Below the pieces are notes generated by a model. It ran no database searches. It saw nothing but the letters and a program-made list of their open reading frames with translations, and was not told where the DNA came from. DNA of 63,001 bases, filler included, from Octopus bimaculoides (lineage: Eukaryota): NCBI RefSeq assembly GCF_001194135.2. It is 5 parts of 5 records of this genome, joined end to end, with 100 filler letters (N's around TTAATTAATTAA, not from the genome) between each part and the next. Parts side by side here need not be neighbours in the genome. Positions count along the whole stretch, not along the records: positions 25,123 to 54,466 come from NC_068986.1; 4 more parts are not named here. One strand, written 5' to 3'. This document shows positions 36,261 through 52,246 of this stretch, piece after piece. The position numbers and the translations under genes are program-made. The number at the start of each line of letters is the position of its first letter. The first letter of the stretch is position 1.

Positions 36261-39200
36261 AAAAGCTCTGCTGCATTTTTACCGACACTGTGTTACGTAG
36301 GAATAATAGTAATGTTAATGATAACGTCATATTCTTTCATATAAAATAAACGTGAATTAAACGTATGTAGGTCGGTAACTCTTTCTCAGTGAGTGGGTGA
36401 AAACACGAATAGTAATCGCAAAAACATGAACGTAGATAATTGTTGCTAATATTTGGCTGAGAGCCAACATACTTTGAGGGAATGAGATGCAAATTACAAC
36501 GACCTCAGTGCTACACGAGTACAAATTCAATCAATCCCAAAGCGTTGGAAAGTGAAGATGATCTGGGCGATATTTGAAATCAGTAACTATCGGAATAATT
36601 GTTACAAATTTTGGCATAACTTCAATAATTTTAGTGAAAGTCGAATAAGCAATTGCAGAGATGACTGCACTTGAATGGTACTCGACTCAGTTCTCGAGTC
36701 GGCCTATATTTTTTTTTGTATCCCTAAAACTTTTTCTGCCTCTAAAATTTGTTTTCCATCTATGGATGTTTTGCTTTATGAAAAGTGCTCTTAACTGGAA
36801 TATTTGTCGAGTGATCGAGCTGTTACCCATTAAGGAGTGCTGGAATTGTCAAATGGAACAAATTTTTAATTGCATGAAGTGATGAAGAAAACTCAGCGCA
36901 GTGTCGGTGGATTTCATTATATGCTATGAGAAAACACTTCTCTCGTAGCTACGCAACTGTTTCCCAGAATTTCATGACGCTGGACGTTTTACAGCAGACA
37001 TTCAGAAGTTCACAACAATAAGACCAATAGCCTAACTCTACACATCCAAAATCACTTTGAACACCAGAGGTTAGTGCCTTATGCAACTCTAGTCCTTCAA
37101 CCTCCAGTCATACACGTAGGTCTCATCACCCACTCTTGCAGTTATCGCAACTACTTTTCTACCACTATTTTATCACCAATCTAATCATTTTTTTTTTTGG
37201 AGTAGCTTCAGAAATTTAAGAGAGATACATACGAAAGAGTCTGTACCCAGTATTCGGAAGTGGACCACAACACAGACGCATTACCTGTAGCGAATAGATT
37301 GAGGACAACTGTCTGCTTTGGCCCATAATTTCATCCTTCCTGCATGATTCATCTCATACTAAATGTAAGTCCACAAGTCTGCAAGTACCGGGTACTGAAC
37401 AAATACCTACATATTGATTTTATCAATGTACATCCATTTTAAAGAGATCGTCAGGAAATGCATTCATGGCAAATAATTCAACGCGTATTTTTCAACACAT
37501 GAGTTTTTGACATAGAGTGGCGTCATTTGTACATAACGTGCAACATATACGAAAATCCATGCATGAAAACAAAACAAATGGATAAAATGAACAAAAGGAA
37601 AATAAGCAAATGACATAAAATCAAAATGTGATGCGCCAAGTCTACATGAATATCTAAAGCATAAGTCTACTACAGAAAACAAAATACCTTACATTCAATG
37701 AAATTTTACGAACAAATGTGTTGAATACCAGTATATCGTTAAAGCCAACAGACACGTTAAGAACAAATATATAATTTAAAAGGAAAGAAACTTCATTATT
37801 CGTTTAATAACACGTGTGTTGCCTTTATTCAATAATCGAGCTCTGTCGACAAGGCATAACAAACTAAAACAGGACAATGTGATAAGAGAAAGTACGAGAA
37901 AAGGTGAAAAGAAAGATGTAAATTCTTGAAAACAACAGAAAACGAATGAGGAAACAGGAAAAAGAAACAGGAGAAAAGTAGACTTTTGTGCCATTTGACC
38001 GTAAATGCATACGGCTGAATGGATAGGGGCCAAGAGTCTACAGCATGGCTGTTCAATCCGTAGCGGGTGGTATTTACCAATTCGTCAAGGGGAAATTATC
38101 CATATGTTTACTTATGCTCAAAATTTCAGACCTGGAATACAGGCAGTGCAGGGGATTTCTTAGATCTAAAAACGATCTGTATGCTTTTCACCTACGCATA
38201 GCTTACATTTTTTGATCTGTTGACAATATAGTGTGGGGTTTTCAACTTTTTTCACTTCATTGTGTGTGGTGTAGCGTAAGACTTTATACACAACACGTGA
38301 CAAATCGAAAATCGCTATGCGAACCACATATTTAACTTCCGGCACAATATTTTCTTTTTTTCATCCCTAAAGAGATATTTATGGAGATACAATTGTATTC
38401 TTTAAGAGCATTGCATGAGTTATATTCTAAATCACTTTAGATAATTCGAAGAGAATCTGAATAGGCGTTTTAACTGCAGACCTTATAGATTTTTATTTCC
38501 TCTTTTTGCTTTTAGGAATGCCATTCTATCTTGGAGCGATGCCGAGAAATTCTGTTTCAAAGTGTTCTGATTTCTGACGAACAAAAGTAATGTTAATATC
38601 ATCGACTGTTGTTTTACTATTATTTGTTTTAAAATGTTATTTTCATCGCGGTAAAAGCCTTTCTCAAAGGGAAAACATATAAGTTGGTCAGAATACAAAA
38701 TGTTAGATTTGAAAGTTTTTAGACATTTCAGTCAGGCAGTGTGAAGAGAGAATCATGAAGTGTGGTCAAACGAAAACAGGATGATGAATCATAGCGACGC
38801 ATAAGTCAAAGAATTACTTTTGTCTATGGTGATTGGTAAATACATGCTGACCCGTCATCTGCAGGTGTAAGGATATCTGGATTCACGGTAGCTGTGTTTC
38901 TTCCCAAAGTTTAATTCAACATTGAGAGTTCAGAAACCACTGGCGACTGAAATAAAGTGCAAGTTTGATAGGTAAACTACACTTTGATTCTGAATAGGAA
39001 ATTCGTGAAGCCTTTCCAGCTAAATAATGTTTATAAATAGGGTATGAGAGGTATTGGTGTCAAGAAGACCCAAAGGTGTCAGGTAACGCTGAATAAGTGC
39101 TATGGACAGACCATGTTTAAGCTCCAGGTTCGATAATGATACGAATGATTAGTCCAACATGGGTCGTGTATCAGCATGCATATATATAATAATTAAGAGA

Positions 39201-40189
39201 ATGAGATAAACAATCCACGATTGTGAATAGGTTTCAGAACATTTATAAATAGAATGTCTTAAAACTGTTTCCGGGATATTTTATATATCCCTTCAATGTT
39301 TAAGTCATAATTAGTGTAGAAAAGCGATGAAATACAGAGGGAAATGAAGGAATGACAATAGAATTTAGATACGTAAGTATATTGTATTTGCAGTTCTATT
39401 ATTTAAGCAGAACGGGGCATATGTAAGGTTGCTGTACCTTATATATATNNNNNNNNNNNNNNNNNNNNNNNNNNNNNNNNNNNNNNNNNNNNNNNNNNNN
39501 NNNNNNNNNNNNNNNNNNNNNNNNNNNNNNNNNNNNNNNNNNNNNNNNNNNNNNNNNNNNNNNNNNNNNNNNNNNNNNNNNNNNNNNNNNNNNNNNNNNN
39601 NNNNNNNNNNNNNNNNNNNNNNNNNNNNNNNNNNNNNNNNNNNNNNNNNNNNNNNNNNNNNNNNNNNNNNNNNNNNNNNNNNNNNNNNNNNNNNNNNNNN
39701 NNNNNNNNNNNNNNNNNNNNNNNNNNNNNNNNNNNNNNNNNNNNNNNNNNNNNNNNNNNNNNNNNNNNNNNNNNNNNNNNNNNNNNNNNNNNNNNNNNNN
39801 NNNNNNNNNNNNNNNNNNNNNNNNNNNNNNNNNNNNNNNNNNNNNNNNNNNNNNNNNNNNNNNNNNNNNNNNNNNNNNNNNNNNNNNNNNNNNNNNNNNN
39901 NNNNNNNNNNNNNNNNNNNNNNNNNNNNNNNNNNNNNNNNATATATACACACATACATCGCCATGATTGACTTGTAGCGTCTAAAGCTTTTTTTTTATTC
40001 TTTCTCTGTTCATTTTTCCATGTACCTTTCTGTTGAGGAGAGTAGGCTCGAAACGCAAAAGATTCTCTCTCCTTCCCGAGCGTTAAACTAGTAAACCTGT
40101 TTGTTGTTTACACACCTGTCTTCGTCTTTAATGTTTGTAAATTCCAACTATATATATATACATACATACACACATACACACACACACAA

Positions 40190-40222
<33 letters not shown>

Positions 40223-42266
40223 CACGCACTCCCACATACACACACATATGTATGCTGGTAAGTAAAGGCTTTCTATTATCCATTATTTTTACTGTGTGGT
40301 CGCATAAATTAAAATAGTTATCTCATATGAACTAAGAGTTAAGTAATTCCCAACCAAAGTCTGAAAGATTGCATACATTTTTTCTTCTTTCTTCATCGGC
40401 TGATATTCATTTCTTTATATATTTTCTCTTTTATTATCAGTGTATAAAGAAAGAATAAGTATAAGTAAGATCGTTGATTTATCGTTAGAAACGAAATGGT
40501 AAGAATAAGATATATAACTTAATTTTCAGGTAAGTTAAGGCAGTAAAAGAAATAAATGATTCAAAGAAACAAGTAAAATTTAGGATGGCACATAACATTC
40601 GCCGTTCTCCTCTCCCCCTTCCCTTCAAGAAAAAAAATGTTTCCATTGCTCGATAGTAGCCTGAAATATAACAATGCTGAATATAAAAGCAAATGTGTGT
40701 ATTAAACAAATATCATAACCTTTGCTCTCTTTAGATTTTTCCAGTTTCAACAACACTCGAAGTCAAGCTACGGGTCCAGTATATGCTTTCATGGCCATGG
40801 CGGGGAAAATCCCACTTTACATACACGGCAAATGCTATCACCAAGCATACAATCAACAGAAAATCGTTGATTATACAGTCGTTCAAACGGTTAGCTATAT
40901 GTATTGTATAATGTCAGTCTCAGATATGTCTTTCCATTCATTGTATCCTTTGAATATGAGTCTACTCAATCGCTGCAGAAATGGAAAATAAAGGCGGTGA
41001 CAATATAAATAACGTTTAAATTACAAAGCATCTACGTTATTGATTGAATTTAGATATCAGGCTGCATTTATTATTAAACACTTAGTTAGATTTCTGTCAC
41101 TCTACCTCGGATTTCATGTGGCACTTGAGAGTCACGCGATTTATGGTTTTAGTCATGGACAATTAAAGAGTCAACGTTCACTAGAAAAAGTCACAATATT
41201 CTACGTGCGCGCACACACAATTGTGTTAAAGGAAAAACGAGTCAACATATCAGAAGTAAATGACAAAGTAATTATGGGGTGGGGGTTACATAAAATGAAA
41301 ACTTCGGTTAAATTAATAGGTATTCATTTCAGCATTTTGTACAAGAACCAAGAAATTTTATAATAATTAAAATATATTAATTGTATTTCCTGATATACAT
41401 TGTAACAAAAATATGATTCCAAATATTCACATCAAAAGAGAAGTCCAACTCTCGTTGTCAATATATATATATATATATATATATATANNNNNNNNNNNNN
41501 NNNNNNNNNNNNNNNNNNNNNNNNNNNNNNNNNNNNNNNNNNNNNNNNNNNNNNNNNNNNNNNNNNNNNNNNNNNNNNNNNNNNNNNNNNNNNNNNNNNN
41601 NNNNNNNNNNNNNNNNNNNNNNNNNNNNNNNNNNNNNNNNNNNNNNNNNNNNNNNNNNNNNNNNNNNNNNNNNNNNNNNNNNNNNNNNNNNNNNNNNNNN
41701 NNNNNNNNNNNNNNNNNNNNNNNNTGTGTGTGTGTGTGTGTGTGTAGGTGTGTGTGTGTGTATGTGTGTGTGTGTGTATGTTCTTTATGTTAGCAGAACT
41801 AAGATGAAGAGGTAAATATCTTCTGACGTGATACAGCAATGGCTGTCCTCAGACATTCAGTCATTTTACATGTAGATTTTGTTGACTCTAATTTCATACT
41901 ATCATTCTCAACGTGTCCATACATTTGATTTGAGAAAGATTTAAAGCATCTTCACATTAATTATATGTTCAGATCCAATTATCTGCATTATAGCAGAGCG
42001 ATACGTACTTCAGAAAGCTTAAGTATATAGTACAAATGTCTGAAAACACTGCGATGAAATTCAGGTAATTAATGACAGGTAGATATCGTATTATTTCGAA
42101 TACACTCTGTTGTAAAAGCGATTTCATTGCATGGTCGGATAGCAAAAATCATGCAAACAACAACAACAATAAGGATAAGATTGTTAATAATAATACTAAC
42201 ATTAATACTACTACTAATAATAATTATAATAGTGATGGAGATGACTTACTTTGTGTGAAATTATTT

Positions 42267-42268
<2 letters not shown>

Positions 42269-42353
<85 letters not shown>

Positions 42354-42412
42354 CTATTATTATTTTTTTATTATTATCATTATTATTATTACTATTACTA
42401 TTATTATTATTA
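42269..42412. repeat. (TTA)n microsatellite with degenerate flanks
   Basis: Read directly. Confidence 0.95.
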
Positions 42413-43904
42413 CTCGTTCTTACTAATATTCTTTCCTCAACAGTATAATAATAGGCTCTCATAAAGGTTTTCGGCAAATAGCTGACTGAAAATAGAATAG
42501 TAGAATAAAGCTAACACCCAATAATATACAAATACATAGAGAGGAGGGAAAAGCAAAAGATGAACTGAGAAAGAGAACGTGAGCCATGGCATTAGTAGAA
42601 GAAACCGAATATAGATAATAAAGAGTAATAAAACCAAATCAAAAGAGAGTCTGGCTACAAGGAGAATATAAAGAAATGAAGTGGACGAAAGAAGTAGGAT
42701 AACTGAATACAGAAAGAAAGAACGAATAGCGCTGCATTAAATAATGCTTTGCCGATGTGATCAATCGGTTTTCCGACTACTGAAGATGAGACTTCTAAGA
42801 AGAAATCTAGAAACCATTAATCACAATGTATACTTCAACTTCTGATCCGCTGATGAAGTGACCGGTGCCTTGACGACAATACTGATTTATTTACTACACA
42901 TATATACATACAGAGCACGCACTTACACACACACACACACANNNNNNNNNNNNNNNNNNNNNNNNNNNNNNNNNNNNNNNNNNNNNNNNNNNNNNNNNNN
43001 NNNNNNNNNNNNNNNNNNNNNNNNNNNNNNNNNNNNNNNNNNNNNNNNNNNNNNNNNNNNNNNNNNNNNNNNNNNNNNNNNNNNNNNNNNNNNNNNNNNN
43101 NNNNNNNNNNNNNNNNNNNNNNNNNNNNNNNNNNNNNNNNNNNNNNNNNNNNNNNNNNNNNNNNNNNNNNNNNNNNNNNNNNNNNNNNNNNNNNNNNNNN
43201 NNNNNNNNNNNNNNNNNNNNNNNNNNNNNNNNNNNNNNNNNNNNNNNNNNNNNNNNNNNNNNNNNNNNNNNNNNNNNNNNNNNNNNNNNNNNNNNNNNNN
43301 NNNNNNNNNNNNNNNNNNNNNNNNNNNNNNNNNNNNNNNNNNNNNNNNNNNNNNNNNNNNNNNNNNNNNNNNNNNNNNNNNNNNNNNNNNNNNNNNNNNN
43401 NNNNNNNNNNNNNNNNNNNNNNNNNNNNNNNNNNNNNNNNNNNNNNNNNNNNNNNNNNNNNNNNNNNNNNNNNNNNNNNNNNNNNNNNNNNNNNNNNNNN
43501 NNNNNNNNNNNNNNNNNNNNNNNNNNNNNNNNNNNNNNNNNNNNNNNNNNNNNNNNNNNNNNNNNNNNNNNNNNNNNNNNNNNNNNNNNNNNNNNNNNNN
43601 NNNNNNNNNNNNNNNNNNNNNNNNNNNNNNNNNNNNNNNNNNNNNNNNNNNNNNNNNNNNNNNNNNNNNNNNNNNNNNNNNNNNNNNNNNNNNNNNNNNN
43701 NNNNNNNNNNNNNNNNNNNNNNNNNNNNNNNNNNNNNNNNNNNNNNNNNNNNNNNNNNNNNNNNNNNNNNNNNNNNNNNNNNNNNNNNNNNNNNNNNNNN
43801 NNNNNNNNNNNNNNNNNNNNNNNNNNNNNNNNNNNNNNNNNNNNNNNNNNNNNNNNNNNNNNNNNNNNNNNNNNNNNNNNNNNNNNNNNNNNNNNNNNNN
43901 NNNN

Positions 43905-43923
43905 TAGATAGATAGATAGATAT

Positions 43924-43955
<32 letters not shown>

Positions 43956-43972
43956 GTAGATATATAGATAGG

Positions 43973-44031
<59 letters not shown>
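43905..44031. repeat. (GATA)n microsatellite
   Basis: Read directly; adjacent to a gap. Confidence 0.95.
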
Positions 44032-44032
<1 letters not shown>

Positions 44033-46649
44033 CACATCATACATACATACATACATACATAATACTCTATTGTAAATACAGAAATATATAACTTTTCAAA
44101 ATAAAAAAAAAATTATAATATTGTTTTTTGTAAAGAAATACCCATTGTCGGTAAACTCTGATTGCCTATCACTGTTATTGTCAGTTCTGATATGCCTAGT
44201 TGCATCTCAATACATTTTGATATTGAAGCCCCTGTTTTCCATTACTTTCAGCCAACAAACACTTTGGCTTTCATTTTTATAATGTATTAATTACTGCCAA
44301 TGAGATATCGTGTTTCTGCCCTAGACCTCACAGAAATATTTGTCTGGAATATATAAAGAATTTGAATATTTATCATTTACCCAACGTTTGGAAAATATAC
44401 TCCAGTGAAATTTCTGAGAACTTCAAAAAACTAAACTCATCAAAAATCTTCAATAAGTTATAAATTTTATTTATTTCATTTATTCTTTTGTTAGTCTATA
44501 TTTTTTTCAGTTATTTAATCGTCTTTGCTTCATTTGAGACTATGTGGTGCTGAAACAAGTAAATCTAAGATACTAATCGGCACAAATTAATATCTCTAAC
44601 GATGCTGTATAATGCCCATGAACTCTATACTTACCCTGTAATTTGGTAACCCTAAGCCTAAAATGATTACTACATGCTCTCAATTTTTTAACTAGAGCAT
44701 GTATGTTTAGAGTTTGGCTTGAATAATCCTTTTAACATGCTGTTTGTGTAATTCTTGTCAAAGTTCTTCTCAAAACACCTGCTTTTCTCGTGAGAAATCA
44801 GCTAACTTTTAATACTAGACACTCACATATATTTTTAATATCCTCAATATAAAACGAAAAATAATGGATTTTACATTAAATTTAGCAGAATACAATTAAA
44901 AAGAAGCAGCTGATATGAGATTAAAGATAGTCTTATGCAAATACTCAGATAGCTTGATGCAGCCTAAAATATATAACGTGATGAGCTGATACTAACTTGT
45001 AACCGATTCAGATTAGAAGCATAATAAGGAGGAAAATCAACTGCGTTAATGAAAATTAATCTCGAAGTAGGAGAGGGGAAAGAAATATTAAAATTCCAGT
45101 TGAATATAAATTATTTGGAATACTCAAAGATTTGATTGTGGTTCACTCGTATTAGATCTTGTCAGAAAGCAGTCCATTTGCATCAGCGAAGACTTTCAAG
45201 TGACGAACAGATAAAGTAATTTATGTGAAAATTATTCATATTTGAGACATGATTATGACAGAGAATTTACCAAGAAGGGGCTCAGCATTATAAACAAGGA
45301 GAAAGTTCAATCTCCAAATACAAAGCCATTTCTCCGTTAGCTATGTTGACTAAAAGTTATACATCGTTACGAGGTATAACATAGTAATATGCCTGCAGTT
45401 GTTAACAAAGCTGTTATTTAACTTTCTAATTCCTCAACCATTTTTTAAAAAACTTTGGTCAAATGAAAGGTTGTTGTTTTTGGTCAATTGGAATAATGTT
45501 GTGCAACGAGTATTAGAATTATATGATGTATTCTTTGATTTAATTTGTTCCCTGTAAATGAGTAGCTTAATTTACATTCTTCTTAATACACTAAGGAAAG
45601 GGCCACTGTTAAGTGAGTGTATGTTTGGAAGAGTAATATATAATTCTTATAAATACGCAGCTGGATCAGAAAAAAAGTACCCCCTAAATGTGTTACTTCT
45701 TTTTCGGCAGCTCTACTTCACTGCAATACTGCTGTATATAACATTGGCTCACATGTCATTTAAGTTCCTCTTTGGTATTATACAGCGTAAATAACCTACA
45801 TTTTTTTCAGTGCAAATAAAAAGGTTAAACTTCTGGACAGGTAATTTCTCTAACTCATTCGTTAATAGAGTCGCCACCATAATGAATTTTCTACGTCTAC
45901 ATGATGGTAGTAATCGTAAAGACAAAAAAATGCATAAATATGGTGTAAATTACTGATGGGAATTCTGAAAAGAAAGCAAGAGTAAATTTGAAAAAAAAAA
46001 GATTTAATAATATAAAATAAATCATGTAAATTATAAAATCAAAAAGAAAAATATCATGTCTACAATACTGAGGATTTTGCTGATCAATGTTCATTATGTT
46101 GATTAGATGAATGAAGAAAGACTGTTTAGAAGAAAAAAAAATTACTAAAGATACATTATAAGTTGAAGAAATAGGTTTCCTTGCAAGACTCTTTTTCCCT
46201 TCATTAACCTAAAATAGTTTTGATACATCAGATGCTTTCGAAAGAACAAAAAAAGAATTGTATTGATTGCAAAGTAGATATAAAAATGATTGAAGATGTC
46301 AAAGAGAAATATGCGATATACAATAATGATTATTGATATCTTTTATTATAATAAATATGTAACGCTTTACTTTTATTGCTTTTAGTATTTGAAGGGTGGT
46401 AGTGCCTAAGCGTACACTACTAATGTTAATTTATATTTGAAATTAATTTGCTTTATGTTATGTTATTGATTTAAATCACATTATTTAGCATTATTACTAT
46501 GTCTTCTTGTCGTATTATATATGCTAAGAACATTAGATAAGCCAGTAGATATATCAATAACAAGCTCAAAGAAGCTACAGATGGGCATCGCACACACATC
46601 ACAACAACCACAAGTAACATATCAAAAGTATTAGTTTTATATAAAGTAC

Positions 46650-48400
46650 AACAAAACAAAATGCAAAAGACAAATGCTTTTCAGTTAATAGACTCCAGTT
46701 GCAAATGTCTGCAGATATAAACATAATTCTAAGAAGAGTTTTCTTAACTAATATCCATATTTTTGTGAGTGTTTAAAAAACATTTGTAAAGTTTCTCATG
46801 AAAGCCTTCACATCATGAAGACCGGTTTAACAAGGTTAATTCCTTGAATTTACCTTCTTTCGTTCGAATTCCTTTACACATATGTGTCTTTTCGAAGGAA
46901 CACAGATATCAAATATTTTGTAGTTTTATCTTCTCTGTCTTTGTTGATGAAACTTGGCCGGCCTGTGCAAACTTGAAAAAAAGCAAAATATTTCTATCTT
47001 CTTCCATTTGATGACATTCTCCGGATGGCTTTCATATCAATAATAATATTTATAATTTAATGTGCTTTCATAGCTTCCCGTGCACGAATTGGCCAACTCT
47101 TTAATGGCGATTCAAATATTCATTTACTATCAGTAGCTAACAAAGCCTTCTTACACAACATGGTCAACTTGTTATCATATTACCCACAAATTCTGTACAT
47201 GGTATATGCAACTATGTTTAAGATTCAGACTTCATATTTTGGTTGTGTGCTGCAATTATGGGTACAGTCTCATCGCGTAAATGTTTCACATCTATCCCGT
47301 TAATTCATCTTATTTCTTTTTAACTCGATGTTGTACAGTTACCAGAACAACAGATCTCTGCAGACTCTGAAACTCTTGTCTGGTTTCGTAAGTAGTCCTT
47401 CAAATTGTTCATAATGGAACCCATACAGATTAAATTCCCTGCGAAATCAATATTCCACTGTTCTTCTTCTCCGGCTTTCTTCGCTTCCTTCATCTCAGTA
47501 TCATATTCCCTAACTATTATTTCTATTGCACATATTTACTTTACTATTGAGCGCAGATTATTATTTTCTGTTGGTTAAACATATTTGGAATTGTCTTTGT
47601 CTTTTATCGTTTTTCATGTTTATTTTATCATTCTTATGACTCATATTGTCTTCAAGATTATTTCATTCAGACCTCAATTTGACTCATCTCTATTTTTATA
47701 TATGTATTCTTCAGAAACTATTGTTTCATTTCTTTTTCAGTTACTTTATCATTACTCAAGAGTAATATTTCAATTTCTTCTCCTGCTGATGCTTGTCAAA
47801 TCTGTGTGGTGCTTTGTTATGGATGTCGCTGTCTATAAGTATTGATATATCGTGTGTTAAAGTGGCATTGCCATTTTATAACACCTCTGTTTGAGTAGTT
47901 CAATCCATATTTTTCCTTTGGAAATTCACAGCGGAAACACAGCCCCTCGTACAAAAAACCCAATTCTTTTCTCTTTGTTGTGTTTGCATTCTTTCTCGAG
48001 AACCCAACAGAACCAGAGAAAATATAACAAATTACTTATTTCTTTTAGCCCATATTTCACTGATACCTGTTTTATTGTTTTCTTTATAGGTATTTTATTC
48101 GTTTCGTGATGTTTCGAGAAGGGATATGAAAGATATATAAACTTCAACGCATCTTCTGGTGCATTCAGGTATCCTTTAGATACCTACACATTTCAACAGA
48201 TATTTTTTTTTACAGATTTTGCTTGTTTATTGCTTTAGTTATTGCATTTATTGTGATGCAAAACTTTTTCTGATATTGATTTATTATAATCTTCTATAGA
48301 GACGTTTCTTTAATTTAGATTGCATTGTGATAAATATGAACATGTCAGATTTTGGTTGGTATACTCTCTATACGGTCTTCAGTTGTCTTCCGTTTTACTT
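46650..48400 (-). mobile_element. Very decayed LINE relic (APE-to-RT region)
   Basis: Only scattered hints (EEIEI, QGINLVKP) in broken frames. Confidence 0.35.
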
Positions 48401-49407
48401 CCTCATTTTACTACTTTGTTTACCGTCCACTTCAGAATAAAATAATAAACTACTAGCTAGGTAGGGTATTTAATTAATTATTTTTGAAGTTCTCTCTGTT
48501 GTATGTAGTAAATTAATGCGTCTATATTTTTACTTCCTCATATTTTCTGTCATATGTGTAAATATATATTTTCTCTTATGAGTCTACTTCATTGATTCGT
48601 AAGTATTTGTGTATGCAGTTCTTTGATGTAATTCTCATTTCCTATCACGTTATTATTGTTCTTAATTAATTCTCCTCTCTTCAAAGTTAACTTGGTGCAT
48701 TTTAATAATCCTAATCTCGAATTAATATTTTAAAATTAATTTATACACCAACTGAATTACTTTCTAGTCATCTGTCATTTGTTTAATTCAAGCTGAGTTC
48801 ACTTCTACACAAAGAAGTATTATTGTCTTACGACGTGTCGGTTAAAGGTGTGTCCTAGTGTATAACTCCTAGCGACGTTGGGTTTTGTTCAATTAATTAT
48901 TGGCCTCTACCTGCAAAACTGTGAGTCATTTTCTAAGTTTTTACTTTTGTATTGCCTTACTCATAGAACCTCTTTCCTCCTATGCCCAAGATACAGTTGT
49001 GGTGTAGAAGATTCTGAAAATATATCTGTCCAATTCATATCATACTCAAATTATTCAGAATTCGTCCGCTTCTTGCAGTCTTCAAGCATGAATCCGTTAA
49101 TACATTAATTAATCTTGTGTCTTTGGAGTATCTCTTCTACTTCCCCAATGTAATTTGTTAATTATTTGCTGTTAGATATTTCATGAAGATTTCTTTCACT
49201 GCAAATACCATGTTACTAAATCTTCCTTTCCATTCTGATGTTTATATGTTTCTGTTTGTGCAATTGTGGACGAAATTATCGTGTTGATCCATAGTCTGGA
49301 TTTTCTGTTCTTTTATATTTATTTTATTTGGGGGTCATGTATAAGTTCTCTGTGGTTGACCTTCGATAGGATTTGATGTATGCCGTTTTCTATACGTTAC
49401 ATATGCA

Positions 49408-49508
<101 letters not shown>

Positions 49509-49639
49509 ACAGACACACACACATACATGCACAAATACATGTATATCTATCTCGAAGTAGGTGCAGTTAAATTGCAAATCCCGTGGACAACTTTCATCAT
49601 ATTCCATCTGATGTGTTTCTTTTTTCTCTAATTGATATA

Positions 49640-51100
49640 GCTCGATATGCTTTGAGGTTGGATTCAATTGAGTAGGAATGCATAGTAAATCTTCGCTGCA
49701 ATTGGTGTTAATGCAATTTCTCTGTAGTTTATTGCAAGGACCAGATGCCCTGGATTGGGGGAAAGGCAGAATACATCCTCTTGTCTAGACTTTTATATCT
49801 ATTTGATATACTTAGTCGCATTATGTAAGAAGAATATCATTGAAATTTGCTGTTCTGTTTGATATAGTACATTAAGTTCTTTCAGTGCCCTCGTTTTTCT
49901 GTTTAATCTTCTTCACATAGGATTCCTGGTGTGCTGTTTGGTTATATCCTTTATGTTAATTCTTTCTGCGAGCACTGTGTCACTTTCCCCCGGAGATCTT
50001 CGTTTCACATTTCGTCTCAAAGAGATACATTTTTCAGCAGTCTCATAATGAGATTGGAAGAATTTGAGATATGTTGTGTTTGGAGTATGATCTTCGTTTG
50101 TATCATTTAACGATCGAAGCGATTTCTGAGTTTGATCGTGAAATTATTCCGGAATTTCTCATTGTACGTCAGAATTATCCAGTTGTAGGTAGGCGGTTCT
50201 GGAGAATAACCCAATTGTAGGGGGTGATATTATCTTGTTTGCTCGGAGGATTACTTGAAGCTTAAATGTTACCATTCGATGGTCAGATGATACACCAAAT
50301 AAAGTGTATGCTTCACAATTGTGGCTGCTGTTGATGATAAGATAATCGAGCTGAGCTTTGAATCCGTTTCGGTAAGTATGGTTCCACTTTTTTCCCGGTC
50401 TCTTCCGAAAATAAATGTTCAGGCATTGAAGTTCGTTTTCTACAAAGAAGTGCTCTAAGTGTTTCCAATTACGGTTTGATGGACCAAGTACTTATAGTGG
50501 GTATTGTCATGGCCTTATTGTGCAGTCATAGCTCCGCCAAGGATGAGGAAGTTGTGTTTTGGAATAGATCGTACAAGAAGCGATAAATCATTGGAAAATA
50601 TTATGACCTCTTGTTCATCGCTGACATTTGTTGGGCTGTAGCAGCAGATGACAGTAATTAGAAGGGTTACCGTTCAAATTAGCAACTATTATTCTAGATG
50701 CTATTTTCTCAATTTCGTTTAGTGATTTCAGGGTATGCAGAATGAGTAACAATACTACACTGCTGACGTTGCCATTAATATAATTTTCCCATACAGATGC
50801 ATACAGAAACTTCCAGGTGTTATCGACTTCATGATGCTTTAAATCGTGGTCATGATGGAAGAGACGGTGTTCTCGTACTCACAGGATATCAATATGAAAG
50901 TTTATACCTGATGCAGCAAGTTCTAATATTTGAGACATAGATTTCTAAGTTCTTACATTGAAACGTCGATAGCTACATTAACAGGATGCTTGCTTCTGGC
51001 AAATGTCGTTCGACAAATCTGTAGCTGACGTGTCGAACGAAGGTTCTAGAATCGGAGACTCTGGTCGCGACCCTTGGTAATCCACACGGTGATCGATGAG
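49640..51100 (-). mobile_element. Decayed RTE-clade LINE (APE domain to RT start)
   Basis: The reverse complement gives TLLITVICCYSPTNVSDEQEV...LVRSIPKHNFLILGG and later TRGCILPFP / NYREIALTPIAAKIY. Confidence 0.8.
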
Positions 51101-52181
51101 GTATGAGTTTCTGAAATGATCTTTAGTCATAACTAATCATTTGATAGCTCACTATAATCATCAGTGTGAGCCAAATCTCTTGATGATCGCAGTATTTCTT
51201 TTCTACAGTTCATATATCTTAATTAATTTTATTTATTATATATATTTTATTATATGTGTTATGGATAATTTACAATAAAGAGAATCGTAGCGTTACCTCA
51301 TTACTTAACTGAAAAGGGCAAATCACAACACATTTGCCTAAACTCAAGATCTTTAGCGAGACACCACTTTGCATATTAACGTACTTGATGCGACCCAGAC
51401 TGAAACATAATACTATGCAGAGCAACTCACCCATAGAAGACAGTCGAAGATTTGGGCGAAACGATCATCACACAAAATAAAGAATTATACCAAGTCCATC
51501 TTCTGTTTATTATCTCAACAAAAACTGCGAAATTCCCATAGTAGTTCTAAAGGACATATTCCTCAAATTCTGATGATACCAGGTAGCCTATACTCTACCA
51601 TTGCTTTACTCAACACAGTAGTACATTAATTGACTTATACTCATTTGTCCAAAATATTACACACACACATATATACTTTCATTCATACACATGCATATAC
51701 TCACATATAAATACATACCCTCACATGCGTACAGAGGTTATTTACAGAGATTGAGAATTGAGAGAGTGAAGTGGTGCACTGTGTAAGAGAAATCGAGGGA
51801 AAAAGCGTCAGGACTCTGCCGCTGCGTCGTCCACATGTTTTCGTTTATGACATTACATTTTTTTCTTTCAGTAGGAGGTGTTAAATCGTGAATTTAAAAG
51901 TAAATGTAAGTCAATAATCAGCCAACTATTCTCTGAAATAATTGAATGGAAGAAACAGGGGTGATCATATCCCATTCATCTAAGTTATTTTTGAACTGAC
52001 TAAGAGTGAGATATTCAAATAGGTACATGGATAACTAGGTTGATAGATAGAGTGTTATGCAGACAAGCAGCGAGACAAACAGGTATATAGATACGTAGAT
52101 AAATACATGGAATTTATTATTCTCAAAACTTGAGGCTAAATCCATTGACAAAATAATGCTGAGAAACGAATGTATATATAC

Positions 52182-52246
<65 letters not shown>

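Noticed and set aside
36660-37200. Possible mariner 3' relic (minus) and CR1 3' relic (plus)
   Set aside because: Only a few residues of resemblance in broken frames; too weak to list as features.
40020-40150. ctgttgaggagagtaggctcgaaacg as a hammerhead in a PLE-like terminal repeat
   Set aside because: The core is CUGUUGA, stem II is out of register, and there is no convincing stem I or III.
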